Positions 38,585 to 49,903 are shown, counted from the first letter of the stretch. The stretch: 64,000 nt of DNA from Clostridiaceae bacterium (GCA_012518845.1 JAAYRJ010000052.1:14381-78380); one strand, 5' to 3'. Notes: generated from the sequence alone by a model not told the origin. Numbers and translations: made by a program.

Positions 38585-40048
38585 ATGCGTTATCATAGCA
38601 CGAGAAACAGCCAAAAGTTTGTTCAACCTTCAGAAGCTGTTTTGCAAGGATTGGCTGAAGATGGTGGCTTATTTGTACCAGAGTATTTGCCACAACTTAA
38701 TTTTGAGAACTGGCTTGATTATAGCTATCAACAAATTGCACAAAGTATTTTCGAAATATTTTTCTCTGATTTAGGTAAAGAAACAATTTCTAAGATTTTA
38801 GAAAATAGTTACGGTAGTAATTTTGATCATTTGGAAATTGTACCAACTCATTGGCTTAATGATGAAAAAGGTTTTTTAGAACTATGGCATGGTCCAACTC
38901 TGGCTTTTAAAGACATTGCTTTACAATTTTTACCACATTTAATGCAAGCTGCTAAACAATTAAGAAATGATCAGAGTAAAATTTTAATTTTAACTGCAAC
39001 ATCTGGCGATACTGGTAAAGCTGCCATGGAGGGTTTTAGCGCTGTTGAAGATTTCGAAGTGCTTGTTTTCTATCCTTATCAGGGTGTTAGTTCATTTCAA
39101 AAAAGACAGATGCTAACTAGAGAAGCAGATAATGTCAGAGCGATTGCTGTAAAAGGTGATTTTGATACTTGTCAGCGTGGTGTAAAAGATATCTTTGTTG
39201 ATCAAAATTTTAATCTAAAAATGGCTGAACAAGGTTATGAATTGTCTTCAGCCAACTCGATTAATATCGGCCGTTTAGTTCCACAGATGAACTATTATAT
39301 TTATAGCTATTTGCAAGCAGTTAAGACGAACAAGATTAGCTACGGGGAACCATTAAATGTGGTTGTTCCTACAGGTAATTTTGGTAACATTTTAGCTGCT
39401 TGCTACACTAAGGAAATGGGACTACCTTTAGGCGAAATTCTATTAGCAGCCAACCAGAATAACGTTTTGGCAGATTTTCTTTTTGATGGTACATATAATG
39501 CTAATCGTGATTTAGTCAAAACATCATCGCCTTCAATGGATATTTTAGTTGCGAGCAATCTAGAGCGTTATCTCTATCTTAAAAATCCTGATAGTAGCTG
39601 GATTAACACAATCATGGCAGATTTGACTAACAACGGTCAATTTTCTGTGCCAGAACAGTTTTTAGATATTAAAGCGGCTTGGGCTGATGAAACAGAAACA
39701 AGTAAAGCAATTGCTGATGTATATAATTCTTACAATTATTTAATAGATCCACATACCGCAGTCGCCTATGTGGTCGCAGAAAAACTAGTCAAAAATCATA
39801 AAACATTGATAGCTTCAACCGCTAGTCCTTATAAATTTATTACTAAAGTTTTAGATTCTTTACAGTTAGAAACTCCAGAGAGTGACCGGGAGGCAATTAA
39901 TAAAATTGCTAAAGTTATTGATGCAGAAAATCCTACAATTCCCGCAACAGTTGAAAAATTATGGAATTTAAATCAGGATGAAGAAATAATTATTGAAAAG
40001 AAAAACATGATTCAAGCTATTAATGAACAAATTTTTGGAAATTTATAG
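38585..40048 (+). CDS. thrC: Threonine synthase (long form)
   Basis: YHSTRN N-terminus, GPTLAFKD PLP-lysine motif and TSGDTG. Confidence 0.93.
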   Translation: MRYHSTRNSQKFVQPSEAVLQGLAEDGGLFVPEYLPQLNFENWLDYSYQQIAQSIFEIFFSDLGKETISKILENSYGSNFDHLEIVPTHWLNDEKGFLELWHGPTLAFKDIALQFLPHLMQAAKQLRNDQSKILILTATSGDTGKAAMEGFSAVEDFEVLVFYPYQGVSSFQKRQMLTREADNVRAIAVKGDFDTCQRGVKDIFVDQNFNLKMAEQGYELSSANSINIGRLVPQMNYYIYSYLQAVKTNKISYGEPLNVVVPTGNFGNILAACYTKEMGLPLGEILLAANQNNVLADFLFDGTYNANRDLVKTSSPSMDILVASNLERYLYLKNPDSSWINTIMADLTNNGQFSVPEQFLDIKAAWADETETSKAIADVYNSYNYLIDPHTAVAYVVAEKLVKNHKTLIASTASPYKFITKVLDSLQLETPESDREAINKIAKVIDAENPTIPATVEKLWNLNQDEEIIIEKKNMIQAINEQIFGNL

Positions 40049-40162
40049 TTAATCATATTTTTATATAAATCGCATAATAAAATCAAAAGACATTCAGTAA
40101 TAATTCACAAAAATCTTATGACTGTTTGATATCTAATTTGGGAAAAAATATTCTCGAATTTC

Positions 40163-40191
40163 TTGTGGTTTTTCTGTAATATGACTATAAT
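40163..40191 (+). promoter_or_regulatory. Putative promoter of the opp operon
   Basis: TTGTGG (40163-40168), 17-nt spacer, TATAAT (40186-40191). Confidence 0.4.
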
Positions 40192-40254
40192 TAACATTTA
40201 TGCAATGCATCATTATTATACAGTAGAATGCGTTTAGATCTTCAGGAGGAGACG

Positions 40255-41184
40255 ATGGGATCAAAAACATGGGGCTACATTTTAAAACGAATCTTATTGG
40301 GTTTATTGACAATTTGGATCGTAATCACAATTACATTTTTTGTAATGCATTCGGTTCCAGGTGGTCCTTTTCTAAGTGAAAAAGCTTTATCAGAAGCTGC
40401 TACCAAAGCTTTAGAAGCAAAATATGGGATGGATAAACCTTTATTTGAACAATATACTACTTATCTGTCTGATATTGTGACTAGGTTTGATTTTGGACCT
40501 TCTCTAAAGCAAAGAGGTAGGGATGTTATGACAGTAATTATGGATGGACTTAAAACTTCTGCCAAGTTAGGAGTGACGGCCGCTGTGATTGCTTTAATTA
40601 CGGGAACTGTTTTAGGTGCTGTTGCTGCCCTGAAGCGTAATACGTGGATAGAAAAAACGATTATGGTATTTACAACAGCTTTTGTTTCGATACCGTCGTT
40701 TATTATGGGTGCTTTGCTTTTAATAGCTTTTAGTTTGAAATTGGGCTGGTTTCCTGCAAATGGTGCTGCAGAGGGTGGTTTCGTACTACCGATTATTACT
40801 TTAGCTTTATATCCTATGGCATATATAACTAGACTTACAAGATCTTCAATGCTAGATGTTCTAGGTCAAGATTATATTCGAACCGCTAGAGCTAAAGGTG
40901 TAAAAAATTATAAAATTATTTTTGGCCATGCTCTAAAAAATTCTTTGTTACCTGTAATTACCTATTTTGGTCCAATGCTTGCCTATATAGTTACAGGTTC
41001 ACTTGTTGTCGAAAAAATATTTGCAGTACCTGGTATAGGTAGAGCATTCGTTGATAGTATCAATGATAGGGACTATCCACTGATTATGGGGACTACGATT
41101 GTTTTAGCAACATTTATTGTAGTCATGAATTTAATCAGCGATATTCTGTATAAAGTTGTTGATCCTAGAATTAAATTTGAATAG
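40255..41184 (+). CDS. oppB: Oligopeptide ABC transporter permease
   Basis: BPD-transport permease with the YIRTARAKG EAA loop. The ATG at 40255 follows AGGAGGA. Confidence 0.9.
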   Translation: MGSKTWGYILKRILLGLLTIWIVITITFFVMHSVPGGPFLSEKALSEAATKALEAKYGMDKPLFEQYTTYLSDIVTRFDFGPSLKQRGRDVMTVIMDGLKTSAKLGVTAAVIALITGTVLGAVAALKRNTWIEKTIMVFTTAFVSIPSFIMGALLLIAFSLKLGWFPANGAAEGGFVLPIITLALYPMAYITRLTRSSMLDVLGQDYIRTARAKGVKNYKIIFGHALKNSLLPVITYFGPMLAYIVTGSLVVEKIFAVPGIGRAFVDSINDRDYPLIMGTTIVLATFIVVMNLISDILYKVVDPRIKFE

Positions 41185-41193
41185 GAGTTTGCT

Positions 41194-42252
41194 GTGAAAA
41201 AAAATCCTTTAAGCATGCACATTGATGCTGATAAATTTTTACCAGCGACTGATGAGGAAAAAGAATATTTAGTTAAAATGAGGCCATCCTCAACCTTTTT
41301 TAAAGATAGTATCAGACGCTTAAAGAAAAATAAAATTGCTATGTTAGCTTTCTTTACTATAGTAATAATCATATTAGCTACGATCTTTGTTCCTCTGTTT
41401 TGGCCTTATAGTTATGAACAACAGCTCGGCTTAACACCAGGTAAACCTGTTGATGCATCATATTTAAATCTTTCACCTTTTGAATATGGAACTACAGAAC
41501 TGGAAAAAATAGAAGCGGGTGAAAGAGTATTCCCACATGTTTTTGGTACAGATGGACAAGGCCGTGATTATTTTATCAGAGTTATCTATGGAGCCAGAAT
41601 TTCTTTACTAGTAGGTTTCTTTGCTAGTATTATCGTTTTAGTTATTGGTTTAACTGTCGGTTCTATTGCTGGTTATGTAGGTGGAAAAGTTGATTTGGTT
41701 ATCATGCGGATTGTTGATGTTATTTATTCATTACCTGAGATGCTGATGGTCATTTTGATTGCATCTGTATTAAGAGTAACGTTAGCTCCAATAATTGAAG
41801 GAACAGTATTAGCTAAAATAGGTAGTAATATAATTAGCTTATTCATTGTTTTTGCGATCTTGTATTGGGTTTCTATGGCAAGGCTTGTCAGAGGTCAGAT
41901 CTTATCGTTACGAGAGCAAGAATATGTTTTGGCTGCTAGAGCAGCTGGTGCAAAAGGTAGCTGGATTATCAGAAAACACTTAATACCCAATACGATTAGT
42001 GTTATCTTTATTTCTACTGCTTTGCAAATACCTAGCGCTATTTTTACTGAGAGCTATTTATCGTTTCTTGGACTTGGTGTAAATGCACCAATGCCTTCAC
42101 TTGGTTCGTTAGCATCAGATGCCTTGAATGGTATTAATTCATATCCATATCGTCTAATCATCCCAGCAGTTGTAATTTCCTTAATTGTTTTATCACTCAA
42201 TCTGTTTGGCGATGGTTTACGTGATGCATTTGATCCAAAGTTATCAGAATAA
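41194..42252 (+). CDS. oppC: Oligopeptide ABC transporter permease
   Basis: OppC-type N-terminus and EAA loop (EYVLAARAAGA). GTG start after AGGAG. Confidence 0.88.
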   Translation: MKKNPLSMHIDADKFLPATDEEKEYLVKMRPSSTFFKDSIRRLKKNKIAMLAFFTIVIIILATIFVPLFWPYSYEQQLGLTPGKPVDASYLNLSPFEYGTTELEKIEAGERVFPHVFGTDGQGRDYFIRVIYGARISLLVGFFASIIVLVIGLTVGSIAGYVGGKVDLVIMRIVDVIYSLPEMLMVILIASVLRVTLAPIIEGTVLAKIGSNIISLFIVFAILYWVSMARLVRGQILSLREQEYVLAARAAGAKGSWIIRKHLIPNTISVIFISTALQIPSAIFTESYLSFLGLGVNAPMPSLGSLASDALNGINSYPYRLIIPAVVISLIVLSLNLFGDGLRDAFDPKLSE

Positions 42253-42267
42253 GCAAGGAGCAAATAT

Positions 42268-43314
42268 ATGTCTTTATTAGAAGTAAAAAATCTAGAAACC
42301 TCCTTTTTTACTGATCAGGGCGAAGTAAAGGCTCTTAATGGTATTAGTTTTAATGTTGAGTCAGGTAAGATTTTAGGAATTGTTGGTGAATCAGGTTCTG
42401 GTAAATCCGTTACTGCTTATTCAATTATGCAAATCCTAGAAAAGAACGGCAAGATTGTTAACGGTTCGATTAAGTTTAATGATCAAGAACTAGTGGATGC
42501 TGGCGAAGAAGTTATGCAAGGTATTCGCGGCAATAAAATAAGTATTATTTTCCAAGATCCAATGACTTCTTTAAATCCAACTTATACAATTGGCAAACAG
42601 TTAACCGAAGGTATCCTTCTCCATACTAATCGAAATAAAAAAGAAGCAGAGGCAAGGGCATTGGAAATGCTTGAAATGGTTAATGTAAATGAGCCTAGAA
42701 AGCGTTTAAAACAATATCCATTTGAATTGTCAGGTGGTATGCGTCAAAGAGTTATGATTGCAATGGCATTGGCTTGTGAGCCAGACATATTAATAGCTGA
42801 TGAACCAACAACAGCTTTAGATGTGACGATTCAAGCTCAGATTCTTGATGTTATGCAGCAATTGCAACAAGAGATTGGTATGGCTATCATCATGATTACA
42901 CATGACCTAGGTGTAATCGCTCAAATTTGTGATGAAGTCATCGTTATGTATGCAGGACGGATATGTGAACAAGGTACTGCTGATGAAATTTTCTACAATC
43001 CAAAACATGAATATACAAAAGGTCTTCTTAAGTCGTTACCAAGTGTAACTACTGTGGGCAAACAATTAGAATCAATTAAAGGTACACCCATAGACCTACT
43101 AAATTTGCCAAAAGGTTGTGCCTTTGCACCACGTTGTGACCGTGCTTTAAAAATTTGTTTAGAGCAAGTACCTGATCGTTTAAGAATTAATGATTACCAT
43201 CAAGCCGCTTGTTGGTTAAATGTTAAAGATCGGATCGAAGAAGGTTCAATTGTTTTAACAGGTGATTCCAAAGATGATGGAGCAGTAATAATAGAAGAAG
43301 GAGGAGAAGCATAA
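42268..43314 (+). CDS. oppD: Oligopeptide ABC transporter ATPase
   Basis: Walker A GESGSGKS, signature LSGGMRQR, Walker B ILIADEPTT and a C-terminal oligopeptide-type Cys-rich extension. Confidence 0.92.
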   Translation: MSLLEVKNLETSFFTDQGEVKALNGISFNVESGKILGIVGESGSGKSVTAYSIMQILEKNGKIVNGSIKFNDQELVDAGEEVMQGIRGNKISIIFQDPMTSLNPTYTIGKQLTEGILLHTNRNKKEAEARALEMLEMVNVNEPRKRLKQYPFELSGGMRQRVMIAMALACEPDILIADEPTTALDVTIQAQILDVMQQLQQEIGMAIIMITHDLGVIAQICDEVIVMYAGRICEQGTADEIFYNPKHEYTKGLLKSLPSVTTVGKQLESIKGTPIDLLNLPKGCAFAPRCDRALKICLEQVPDRLRINDYHQAACWLNVKDRIEEGSIVLTGDSKDDGAVIIEEGGEA

Positions 43315-44333
43315 TGAAAAAGAAAATTAAATCTCAAAATATTATTAAGTCAAAAGAAACTTCGACTCCTTTAGTAGATGTAAGAAATTTAAAGCAATAT
43401 TTTGACATTCAAATGGGATTATTTAGATCTAAGCCCTTAAAAGCTGTGGATGATGTTTCATTTACGATTGGACATGGTGAAACTTTGGGCTTAGTTGGAG
43501 AGTCTGGTTGTGGTAAAACTACAGTAGGACGTAGTGTTCTGCATTTATACGACATCACAGATGGTGAAATTTATTTTAATGGTAAAGAGATTAAAGGAAA
43601 AACCTCAATCGAGAAATTCAGAAAAGAATCAACGATGGTTTTTCAAGATCCATACTCATCCTTAAATCCAAGAATGACAGTTGCAGATATTATTGGTGAA
43701 CCACTTGATATCCACAAAATGTATAAAGACGAAAAAGAGCGTAATGAAAAAATTCTTGAGCTAATGGATTATGTAGGCTTGAATAGTGAACATGCTGCCC
43801 GCTATGCTCATGAATTTTCCGGTGGACAAAGACAAAGAATTGGTATTGCAAGAGCATTAGCTATTAATCCTAGCTTTATTGTCGCAGATGAACCTGTGTC
43901 GGCTTTAGATGTTTCGATTCAAGCTCAAGTAATCAATATGTTTGAGGAATTACAAAACAGCTTACACTTATCATATTTATTTATTGCACATGATTTGTTA
44001 GTTGTAAGACATATTAGTGATCGGATTGCTGTTATGTATTTAGGAAAAATTGTGGAAATGGGTAGCACTGAGGATCTTTATAATAAGCCACTTCATCCGT
44101 ATTCACAGTCATTAATTTCCGCAGTTCCAGTTCCTGATCCAAATTATGCCAGAAAACATAAACGGATTATTTTAGAAGGAGATATTCCAAGTCCACTTAA
44201 TGCGCCATCTGGTTGTCCATTTAGAACTAGATGTCCTTATGCAAAAGATATTTGCGCTGAGAGTATGCCGGAATTTGAAGAAGCTTCAACCGAGCACTTT
44301 ATTGCTTGCCACAGATGGCAAGATATTAATTAG
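43314..44333 (+). CDS. oppF: Oligopeptide ABC transporter ATPase
   Basis: [17 protein letters not shown] and [12 protein letters not shown]. Confidence 0.92.
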   Translation: MKKKIKSQNIIKSKETSTPLVDVRNLKQYFDIQMGLFRSKPLKAVDDVSFTIGHGETLGLVGESGCGKTTVGRSVLHLYDITDGEIYFNGKEIKGKTSIEKFRKESTMVFQDPYSSLNPRMTVADIIGEPLDIHKMYKDEKERNEKILELMDYVGLNSEHAARYAHEFSGGQRQRIGIARALAINPSFIVADEPVSALDVSIQAQVINMFEELQNSLHLSYLFIAHDLLVVRHISDRIAVMYLGKIVEMGSTEDLYNKPLHPYSQSLISAVPVPDPNYARKHKRIILEGDIPSPLNAPSGCPFRTRCPYAKDICAESMPEFEEASTEHFIACHRWQDIN

Positions 44334-44397
44334 TTTTTTACACGATTTATCGTGTTAAGAAAATATTATTCTAAAGAATAAACAAAAGGAGAAAAAG

Positions 44398-46308
44398 ATG
44401 AAAAGAATAATAGCATTATTATTAATGGTTTCTATGCTAATTTCTTTAGCTGCTTGTGGTGGTGGATTTAGTGATGAACCAGCAGATACAGATGCTGCTA
44501 AAGAGGATGTAGAAACAGTAGATTCTGATGAAGATGTTGAACCTGCTGATGAGGCTGCTGATTCTGACACTAGTTCAGAAGGTGGTACCTCAATTGCAGT
44601 TAGTTTAGCTTCTGAACCAGATACAATTGATCCAGCTTTAAACTCTGCCGTTGACGGTGGTACAATGATTGTTCATCTATTTGCAGGTTTAGCAAAATGG
44701 GATATTGATGAAGAAGGTACAGCTGTTATTAAGCCTGATTTAGCCGAAGAATTAGTTGAACCTGAAATAAACGATGATGGAACAGCAACCTATACATACA
44801 CAATCCGTGAAGGTGCTACCTGGACTGATGGCGAACCTGTAACAGCACATGATTTTGCTTTTGCATGGCAACGTGCTGCTTCACCAGAATTATCTGCTGA
44901 CTATAACTATATGTTTGATTTAGTTGTTGGTTATGATGAAATGTGGGAAATGGATGAAGCAGGCGAAGAGTTTGTTAATCCAGACGCAAAATTAGCCGTT
45001 GAAGCATTAGATGATAGTACACTTACAGTAACAACAACAAATCCTGCTACATATTGGGATGAGTTATTGGCTTTCCCAACCTTATTCCCTGTGCGTGAAG
45101 ATGTTGTTGCTGATGAAGCCTGGGCTACAGATCCTGCTACATATGTTTCAAATGGTGCATACAAATTAACTGGTTGGGAACATGACAGTGTTATTACAGT
45201 AGAAAAGAACCCTGATTATCTTGATGCTGATGAAATCAAAATGGAAAAAATCGAGTTCTATCTTTCCAATGATGCTAATAATATGCTCACTAACTTCCAA
45301 AATGGTGCATGGCAATTGATTGATGACGTTCCAACTAATGAAATCGCAGCTTTAGAAGAATCTAATCCTGATGAATTCTTTGTTGAAGGTCAAATTGGTA
45401 CTTACTATGTTTGTTACAACATTAATGAAAGCTTATTGCCTGCAGATAGTGATTTAACTGGCGAAGAAGCAGAAAAAGCGAATGAAGAAATTAGAAAAGG
45501 CTTGTCCTTATTAATCGATCGTACCTACATTGTTGAAAGTGTAGCTCAAGGTGGTCAAATACCTGCAGCTTCTTTTGTAGCTATGGGTATGACAGAGCCA
45601 GATGGTTCTCAATTCTATGAAAATGCTGGTCCTGAAGATTATGCTGGTTACTTTGACACAGACAGAGACGCATACGAATCAGTTTATGCAGAAGGTTTTG
45701 AACTTCTTAAAAAGCATTATGATTTAGATGAAGGAACAGGGCAATTTACAAATGTTCCAGCAATGACTTATCTTTATAACACAAGTGAAGGTCATCAAGC
45801 CATTGGTGAATATATTCAAGGTGTATATGCCTCTGTTGGTCTTGATATGAGTCTTGAAAATCAAGAATGGAATACATTCCTCAATACACGTAAAGATGGT
45901 GATTATACAGTTGCACGTAATGGCTGGATTGCAGACTACAATGATCCTATTTCTTTCTTAGATATGTGGACAACTGTTTCTGGTAACAATGATGTTCAAT
46001 TTGGTAAAGGGCCACATGCTGAATTAGCTATTTATAGTATTGATTTCTCAGACTTAGGTTCTGATCTCAACGTTGAAAATGGTACTTGGGCTCAAACATA
46101 TGATGAGGCAATTAGATTAATCAAACTTGAAGAAGATGCAGAAGTTCGTTATGAAATGATGCATAGAGTAGAAGATTTGTTAATGTCAACTGGTGCAATT
46201 GTACCTATTTACTATTACACAGATCTATTTATGCTCAGCAAAGATGTTGATGGATTCTTCAGCACACCTTTAGGCTGGAAATTCTTCAAATACTGTGAAG
46301 TTAAGTAA
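44398..46308 (+). CDS. oppA: Oligopeptide-binding lipoprotein (SBP family 5)
   Basis: Lipobox LSLAAC-GG, an acidic linker, then family-5 SBP body. Confidence 0.88.
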   Translation: MKRIIALLLMVSMLISLAACGGGFSDEPADTDAAKEDVETVDSDEDVEPADEAADSDTSSEGGTSIAVSLASEPDTIDPALNSAVDGGTMIVHLFAGLAKWDIDEEGTAVIKPDLAEELVEPEINDDGTATYTYTIREGATWTDGEPVTAHDFAFAWQRAASPELSADYNYMFDLVVGYDEMWEMDEAGEEFVNPDAKLAVEALDDSTLTVTTTNPATYWDELLAFPTLFPVREDVVADEAWATDPATYVSNGAYKLTGWEHDSVITVEKNPDYLDADEIKMEKIEFYLSNDANNMLTNFQNGAWQLIDDVPTNEIAALEESNPDEFFVEGQIGTYYVCYNINESLLPADSDLTGEEAEKANEEIRKGLSLLIDRTYIVESVAQGGQIPAASFVAMGMTEPDGSQFYENAGPEDYAGYFDTDRDAYESVYAEGFELLKKHYDLDEGTGQFTNVPAMTYLYNTSEGHQAIGEYIQGVYASVGLDMSLENQEWNTFLNTRKDGDYTVARNGWIADYNDPISFLDMWTTVSGNNDVQFGKGPHAELAIYSIDFSDLGSDLNVENGTWAQTYDEAIRLIKLEEDAEVRYEMMHRVEDLLMSTGAIVPIYYYTDLFMLSKDVDGFFSTPLGWKFFKYCEVK

Positions 46309-46338
46309 TATTATCCTTTAACTAAACAAATTACTAAG

Positions 46339-46368
46339 ACTGCCTGTGAATTTCATAGGCAGTTTTTG
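46339..46368 (+). terminator. Intrinsic terminator after oppA
   Basis: ACTGCCTGTGA / TCATAGGCAGT stem with one G-U pair and a 3-nt loop, followed by TTTTTG. Confidence 0.7.
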
Positions 46369-46463
46369 ATTTGTGTAACATAGTCATATTAATTAGGCTA
46401 AGCTCAACATTATTTTCTAATAATTGCTATAATAGAAACATTATTTTTTAGGTTGGAGTATGT

Positions 46464-47462
46464 ATGCAAGAATTAACAGTACGTGTGCCAGGTACAAGTG
46501 CTAACTTAGGACCTGGTTTTGATTGTTTAGGAATCGCTTTTCAAATATATAATTGGTTTACTTTTCGTTGGCAAAATATCGAAGAAGTAGTAAGCCCCAA
46601 GGAACAACATGATAAACTTGCAGTTACTAGTATTGAGCAACTGCCAATGACAGAGGCTTATGTACAGTATGCCACTTTATTTGACGTAGATTTACCCTTG
46701 CTTGAATCAGTTGAATCTTTAGCAAGTGAAGTACCTGTCGCAAGGGGACTTGGCTCATCAGCAACATGTTATACAGCTGGTGCTATGGCAGCAGCTTGGG
46801 TTGCTGAACAGCTTTATGATAAAGAAACTATCTTGAGAGAAATTGAGGATAAACTTGCAGATTTTACGATCGATCCTTTCTCGAAAGAGGCAGCTTTGGC
46901 TATCGCCGCCACAATAGAAAGACATCCAGATAATTTAAGTCCAGCTGTTTTTGGAGGCTTACAAATTGCCCGTATTTTAAATCATGATAATATTCCAAAT
47001 GTTTTGAATCAAAAAATAACGGTCGATCCTAATGTGAAATTTATTGTTTCTTATCCTAATTACAGCTTAAAAACAAAAAGTGCAAGAGCTATTTTGCCAG
47101 AAAAAATTAGTCGAGAAGATGCAATTTTCAATTTGAGTGCACTAACATTCTTAACCCAAGGATTAGAAAATGGAAATCCAAATTTAATTGAAAATGGGTT
47201 GAAAGATCGCTTACATCAACCTTATAGGGCAGAATTAATTGATGGTTTTTATGATATTTTAGCTATAGGTAAACAAGCGGGTGCTTTGGGAAGTGTCTTA
47301 TCTGGTGCTGGTCCAGCTATATTAACTGTTTATCTTAATTCCGAAGATGGTAATTTAATTTGTGAAAAAATTAAGAAAGAACTTGGCAAAAACTGGCATG
47401 TAAAACAAATGGAATTAGACGATTCTGGCTTAATAGCTAAATCAGGAAGAATTAAGTTTTAA
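46464..47462 (+). CDS. thrB: Homoserine kinase
   Basis: VPGTSANLGPGFD N-terminus and GHMP motif GLGSSA. Confidence 0.9.
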   Translation: MQELTVRVPGTSANLGPGFDCLGIAFQIYNWFTFRWQNIEEVVSPKEQHDKLAVTSIEQLPMTEAYVQYATLFDVDLPLLESVESLASEVPVARGLGSSATCYTAGAMAAAWVAEQLYDKETILREIEDKLADFTIDPFSKEAALAIAATIERHPDNLSPAVFGGLQIARILNHDNIPNVLNQKITVDPNVKFIVSYPNYSLKTKSARAILPEKISREDAIFNLSALTFLTQGLENGNPNLIENGLKDRLHQPYRAELIDGFYDILAIGKQAGALGSVLSGAGPAILTVYLNSEDGNLICEKIKKELGKNWHVKQMELDDSGLIAKSGRIKF

Positions 47463-47470
47463 AACAAAAA

Positions 47471-47507
47471 ACTCTGCAAAAGCCTTGTTTAATAGATTTT
47501 GCAGAGT
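47471..47507. terminator. Bidirectional terminator between thrB and the convergent ABC operon
   Basis: ACTCTGCAAAA / TTTTGCAGAGT is a perfect 11-bp stem. An A-run lies on one side, giving a T-run for the minus-strand transcript. Confidence 0.65.
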
Positions 47508-47540
47508 AAAATAATTTAATTACAAATAATTACAAATTTT

Positions 47541-48266
47541 CTAAAGTACTTTGGAAAGAAATTGCTGGGTTCTGATTTCTTTAGGATTTTCAAAGAAATC
47601 TGCAGGGTTATAACTTTCTTCTACGATTTGACCTTCATCCATAAACATGATTCTATTTGCAACTTGTTTGGCAAAACCCATCTCATGTGAAACAACAATC
47701 ATCGTCATGCCTGACTCAGCTAATTCTGTCATTAAATCTAAAACTTCGCCAACCATCTCTGGATCAAGTGCAGACGTAGGTTCATCAAATAGTAATACCT
47801 TGGGGTCCATCATCATCGCCCGAATGATTGCAATTCTTTGTTGTTGCCCACCAGATAATTGTCTTGGATAAGCATTAGCCTTATCTGCCAAATCAATTCT
47901 ATTTAATAAATTATAAGCTCTCTCTTCAGCTTCTTGTTTTTTTAGCTTATCGCGTTTAAGAGGTGCTAAGATCAAATTATCTAAAACATTTAAATTTGAA
48001 AACAAATTAAATTGTTGAAAAACCATTCCCATTTGTTCACGTATTAGATTTAGATCAATTTTAGGTTTTGTAATCTCTTGATCTTCAAAAAAGATTTCAC
48101 CCGAAGTTGGTTGTTCAAGTAAATTCAAGCATCGCAACAAAGTAGATTTACCTGAACCTGAGGGACCAACAACCACAACCTTTTCACCTGATTTAATTTC
48201 TAGATTAACATTTTTTAAGACTTTTAAATCGCCAAAATCTTTATATAATTTGTTCACTTTAAGCAT
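47541..48266 (-). CDS. Polar amino-acid ABC transporter ATPase (GlnQ-like)
   Basis: [17 protein letters not shown] and [11 protein letters not shown]. Confidence 0.92.
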   Translation of the reverse strand: MLKVNKLYKDFGDLKVLKNVNLEIKSGEKVVVVGPSGSGKSTLLRCLNLLEQPTSGEIFFEDQEITKPKIDLNLIREQMGMVFQQFNLFSNLNVLDNLILAPLKRDKLKKQEAEERAYNLLNRIDLADKANAYPRQLSGGQQQRIAIIRAMMMDPKVLLFDEPTSALDPEMVGEVLDLMTELAESGMTMIVVSHEMGFAKQVANRIMFMDEGQIVEESYNPADFFENPKEIRTQQFLSKVL

Positions 48267-48978
48267 GTAAATATCTCTTTTCTATGAAATTAAATAAATG
48301 CTCTAAACCATAAACAACAATCAAATAAATCATTGCCGCTGCAAAATAAGGAGGAGCAGCTTTGAAGGTGTTGCTTACTAATATATTTGCACCTCTGGTT
48401 AAATCAATTAAGCCAATGAAGCCACTAATCGATGTTTCTTTAAATAAAGTGATAACTTCATTACCAAAAGCTGGTAAACAGTTGCGGAATGCTTGTGGTA
48501 AAACAACATGACGCATCGATTGTAAGTAGTTTAGACCTAATGACCTAGCAGCTTCTTTCTCACCTTTACTGACAGCTTGAATACCACTTCTAAAAATTTC
48601 TGCCATGTAGGCGGCAGAGTTAAGACCAAAGGTTAAAATAGCAACCAATGGCAAGTTATCTAGGCTAATCAAAATTACATTGAACATAATCAATAATTGA
48701 ATTGTAGTTGGGGTTCCTCTGATAACTGTAATGTAAATGTTAGCAATTTTATTGAGCAAATTAAGTAGAAAACCTGAAGGATTTCTCCAGCTGGGTTTAA
48801 GATCTTTATGTGCTACCCGAATAACAGCCAGGATAATACCAAAAACTAAACCGATCAGGAAAGCAAAGAACGTAACTTGGATTGTAATTTTAAAACCATT
48901 TGCTAAGTATTTCCAATTTTCGCCAGTAAAAAAAACAGATTGAAAATCTTCAAGAAATTTTGCTGTTAGCATCGGCAT
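48259..48978 (-). CDS. Polar amino-acid ABC transporter permease (HisM/GlnP-like)
   Basis: His/Glu/Gln/Arg-type permease with the EAARSLG EAA loop. Confidence 0.88.
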   Translation of the reverse strand: MPMLTAKFLEDFQSVFFTGENWKYLANGFKITIQVTFFAFLIGLVFGIILAVIRVAHKDLKPSWRNPSGFLLNLLNKIANIYITVIRGTPTTIQLLIMFNVILISLDNLPLVAILTFGLNSAAYMAEIFRSGIQAVSKGEKEAARSLGLNYLQSMRHVVLPQAFRNCLPAFGNEVITLFKETSISGFIGLIDLTRGANILVSNTFKAAPPYFAAAMIYLIVVYGLEHLFNFIEKRYLHA

Positions 48979-48997
48979 AGATTATCCTTTCTCTTTA

Positions 48998-49035
48998 GAC
49001 AGAAAAACCAGCTATTATTGAGCTGGTTTTGTCTG
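48998..49035 (-). terminator. Intercistronic hairpin between the SBP and permease genes (possible partial terminator or stabiliser)
   Basis: On the minus strand, CAGACAAAACCAGCT / AGCTGGTTTTTCTG flank a 7-nt loop. Confidence 0.35.
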
Positions 49036-49042
49036 AATTATA

Positions 49043-49903
49043 TTATTTAGCAGGGATATATTTTTCAATGATTGCTGGAATCGTACCATCATCTGTTAAA
49101 ACTTCTAAAGCATAATTAACTTCCTCTAACAAAGTATCATTATCTTTTGTTAAGGCAATAGCATAATCTTCTTCAGTATAGTTTGTATCTAATAATTGTA
49201 AATTGTCATCTGCTTCAACAAAACTTTGTGCTGGAGCGCTGTCTATGATGACACAATCTACATTACCTGCTAATAGAGCAACGACAGCATCTGCACCTTT
49301 ATCAAAAGCCTGAACATTGTCTATGCCAAAATCATCTTGAGCATACATATCACCAGTAGTACCAAATTGAGTACCAATTTTCTTTCCTTCTAAATCATCA
49401 ATTGATCCTATTTCACTGTCTTTGGTAACAATAATGGATTGAATGCCGGTTGCATATGAATTAGAGAAGTTGACACTTTCTAAACGATCTGCTGTAACAG
49501 TCATGCCGGCAATACCGCCGTCTAACTTGCCACTTTCGATCGAAGCAATAATATTGCTAAATTCCATATCATGAATTTTAACTTCATAGCCTAAATAGTC
49601 AGCAATTGCTTTGGCTATATCAATATCAATACCAACCATTTGATCGCCATCATAAAATTCGTATGGTGGGAAAGCAGCATTTGTACCAAGGTCGAGAACG
49701 CCGTCATCCAAAGCATTGCCTTCTAAACCGGCTGCTGATTCTGATTCGTCTGCGTCTGTTTCTTCAGCTTCAGCTTCTTCAACTACCGTATCTGTTTCTG
49801 GGGTTTCATCTTCCGCACCATTACCTCCACATGCAACGCTAACTAACATTGCAAGAATTAGCATTAATGAGATTAAAACTTTTGTGGTTTTTTTATTTTT
49901 CAT
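49043..49903 (-). CDS. Polar amino-acid-binding lipoprotein (SBP family 3)
   Basis: Lipobox LVSVAC-GG, an acidic linker, then family-3 SBP motifs (PPYEF, GFDIDIAKAIA-like). Confidence 0.88.
   Translation of the reverse strand: MKNKKTTKVLISLMLILAMLVSVACGGNGAEDETPETDTVVEEAEAEETDADESESAAGLEGNALDDGVLDLGTNAAFPPYEFYDGDQMVGIDIDIAKAIADYLGYEVKIHDMEFSNIIASIESGKLDGGIAGMTVTADRLESVNFSNSYATGIQSIIVTKDSEIGSIDDLEGKKIGTQFGTTGDMYAQDDFGIDNVQAFDKGADAVVALLAGNVDCVIIDSAPAQSFVEADDNLQLLDTNYTEEDYAIALTKDNDTLLEEVNYALEVLTDDGTIPAIIEKYIPAK

Noticed and set aside
38574-38774. A 66-aa ORF overlapping the thrC start.
   Set aside because: It is out of frame with the strongly conserved thrC N-terminus (MRYHSTRN...) and has no homology-like features.
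44440-44600. Asp/Glu/Ser-rich low-complexity linkers after the lipoboxes of three SBPs (44440-44600, 49700-49830, 50390-50470), plus acidic tails on the MORN and CorC proteins. I considered these as possible repeats or a shared module.
   Set aside because: There is no nucleotide-level repeat between them. Acidic tether regions after lipoprotein signal peptides are common in Gram-positive SBPs.
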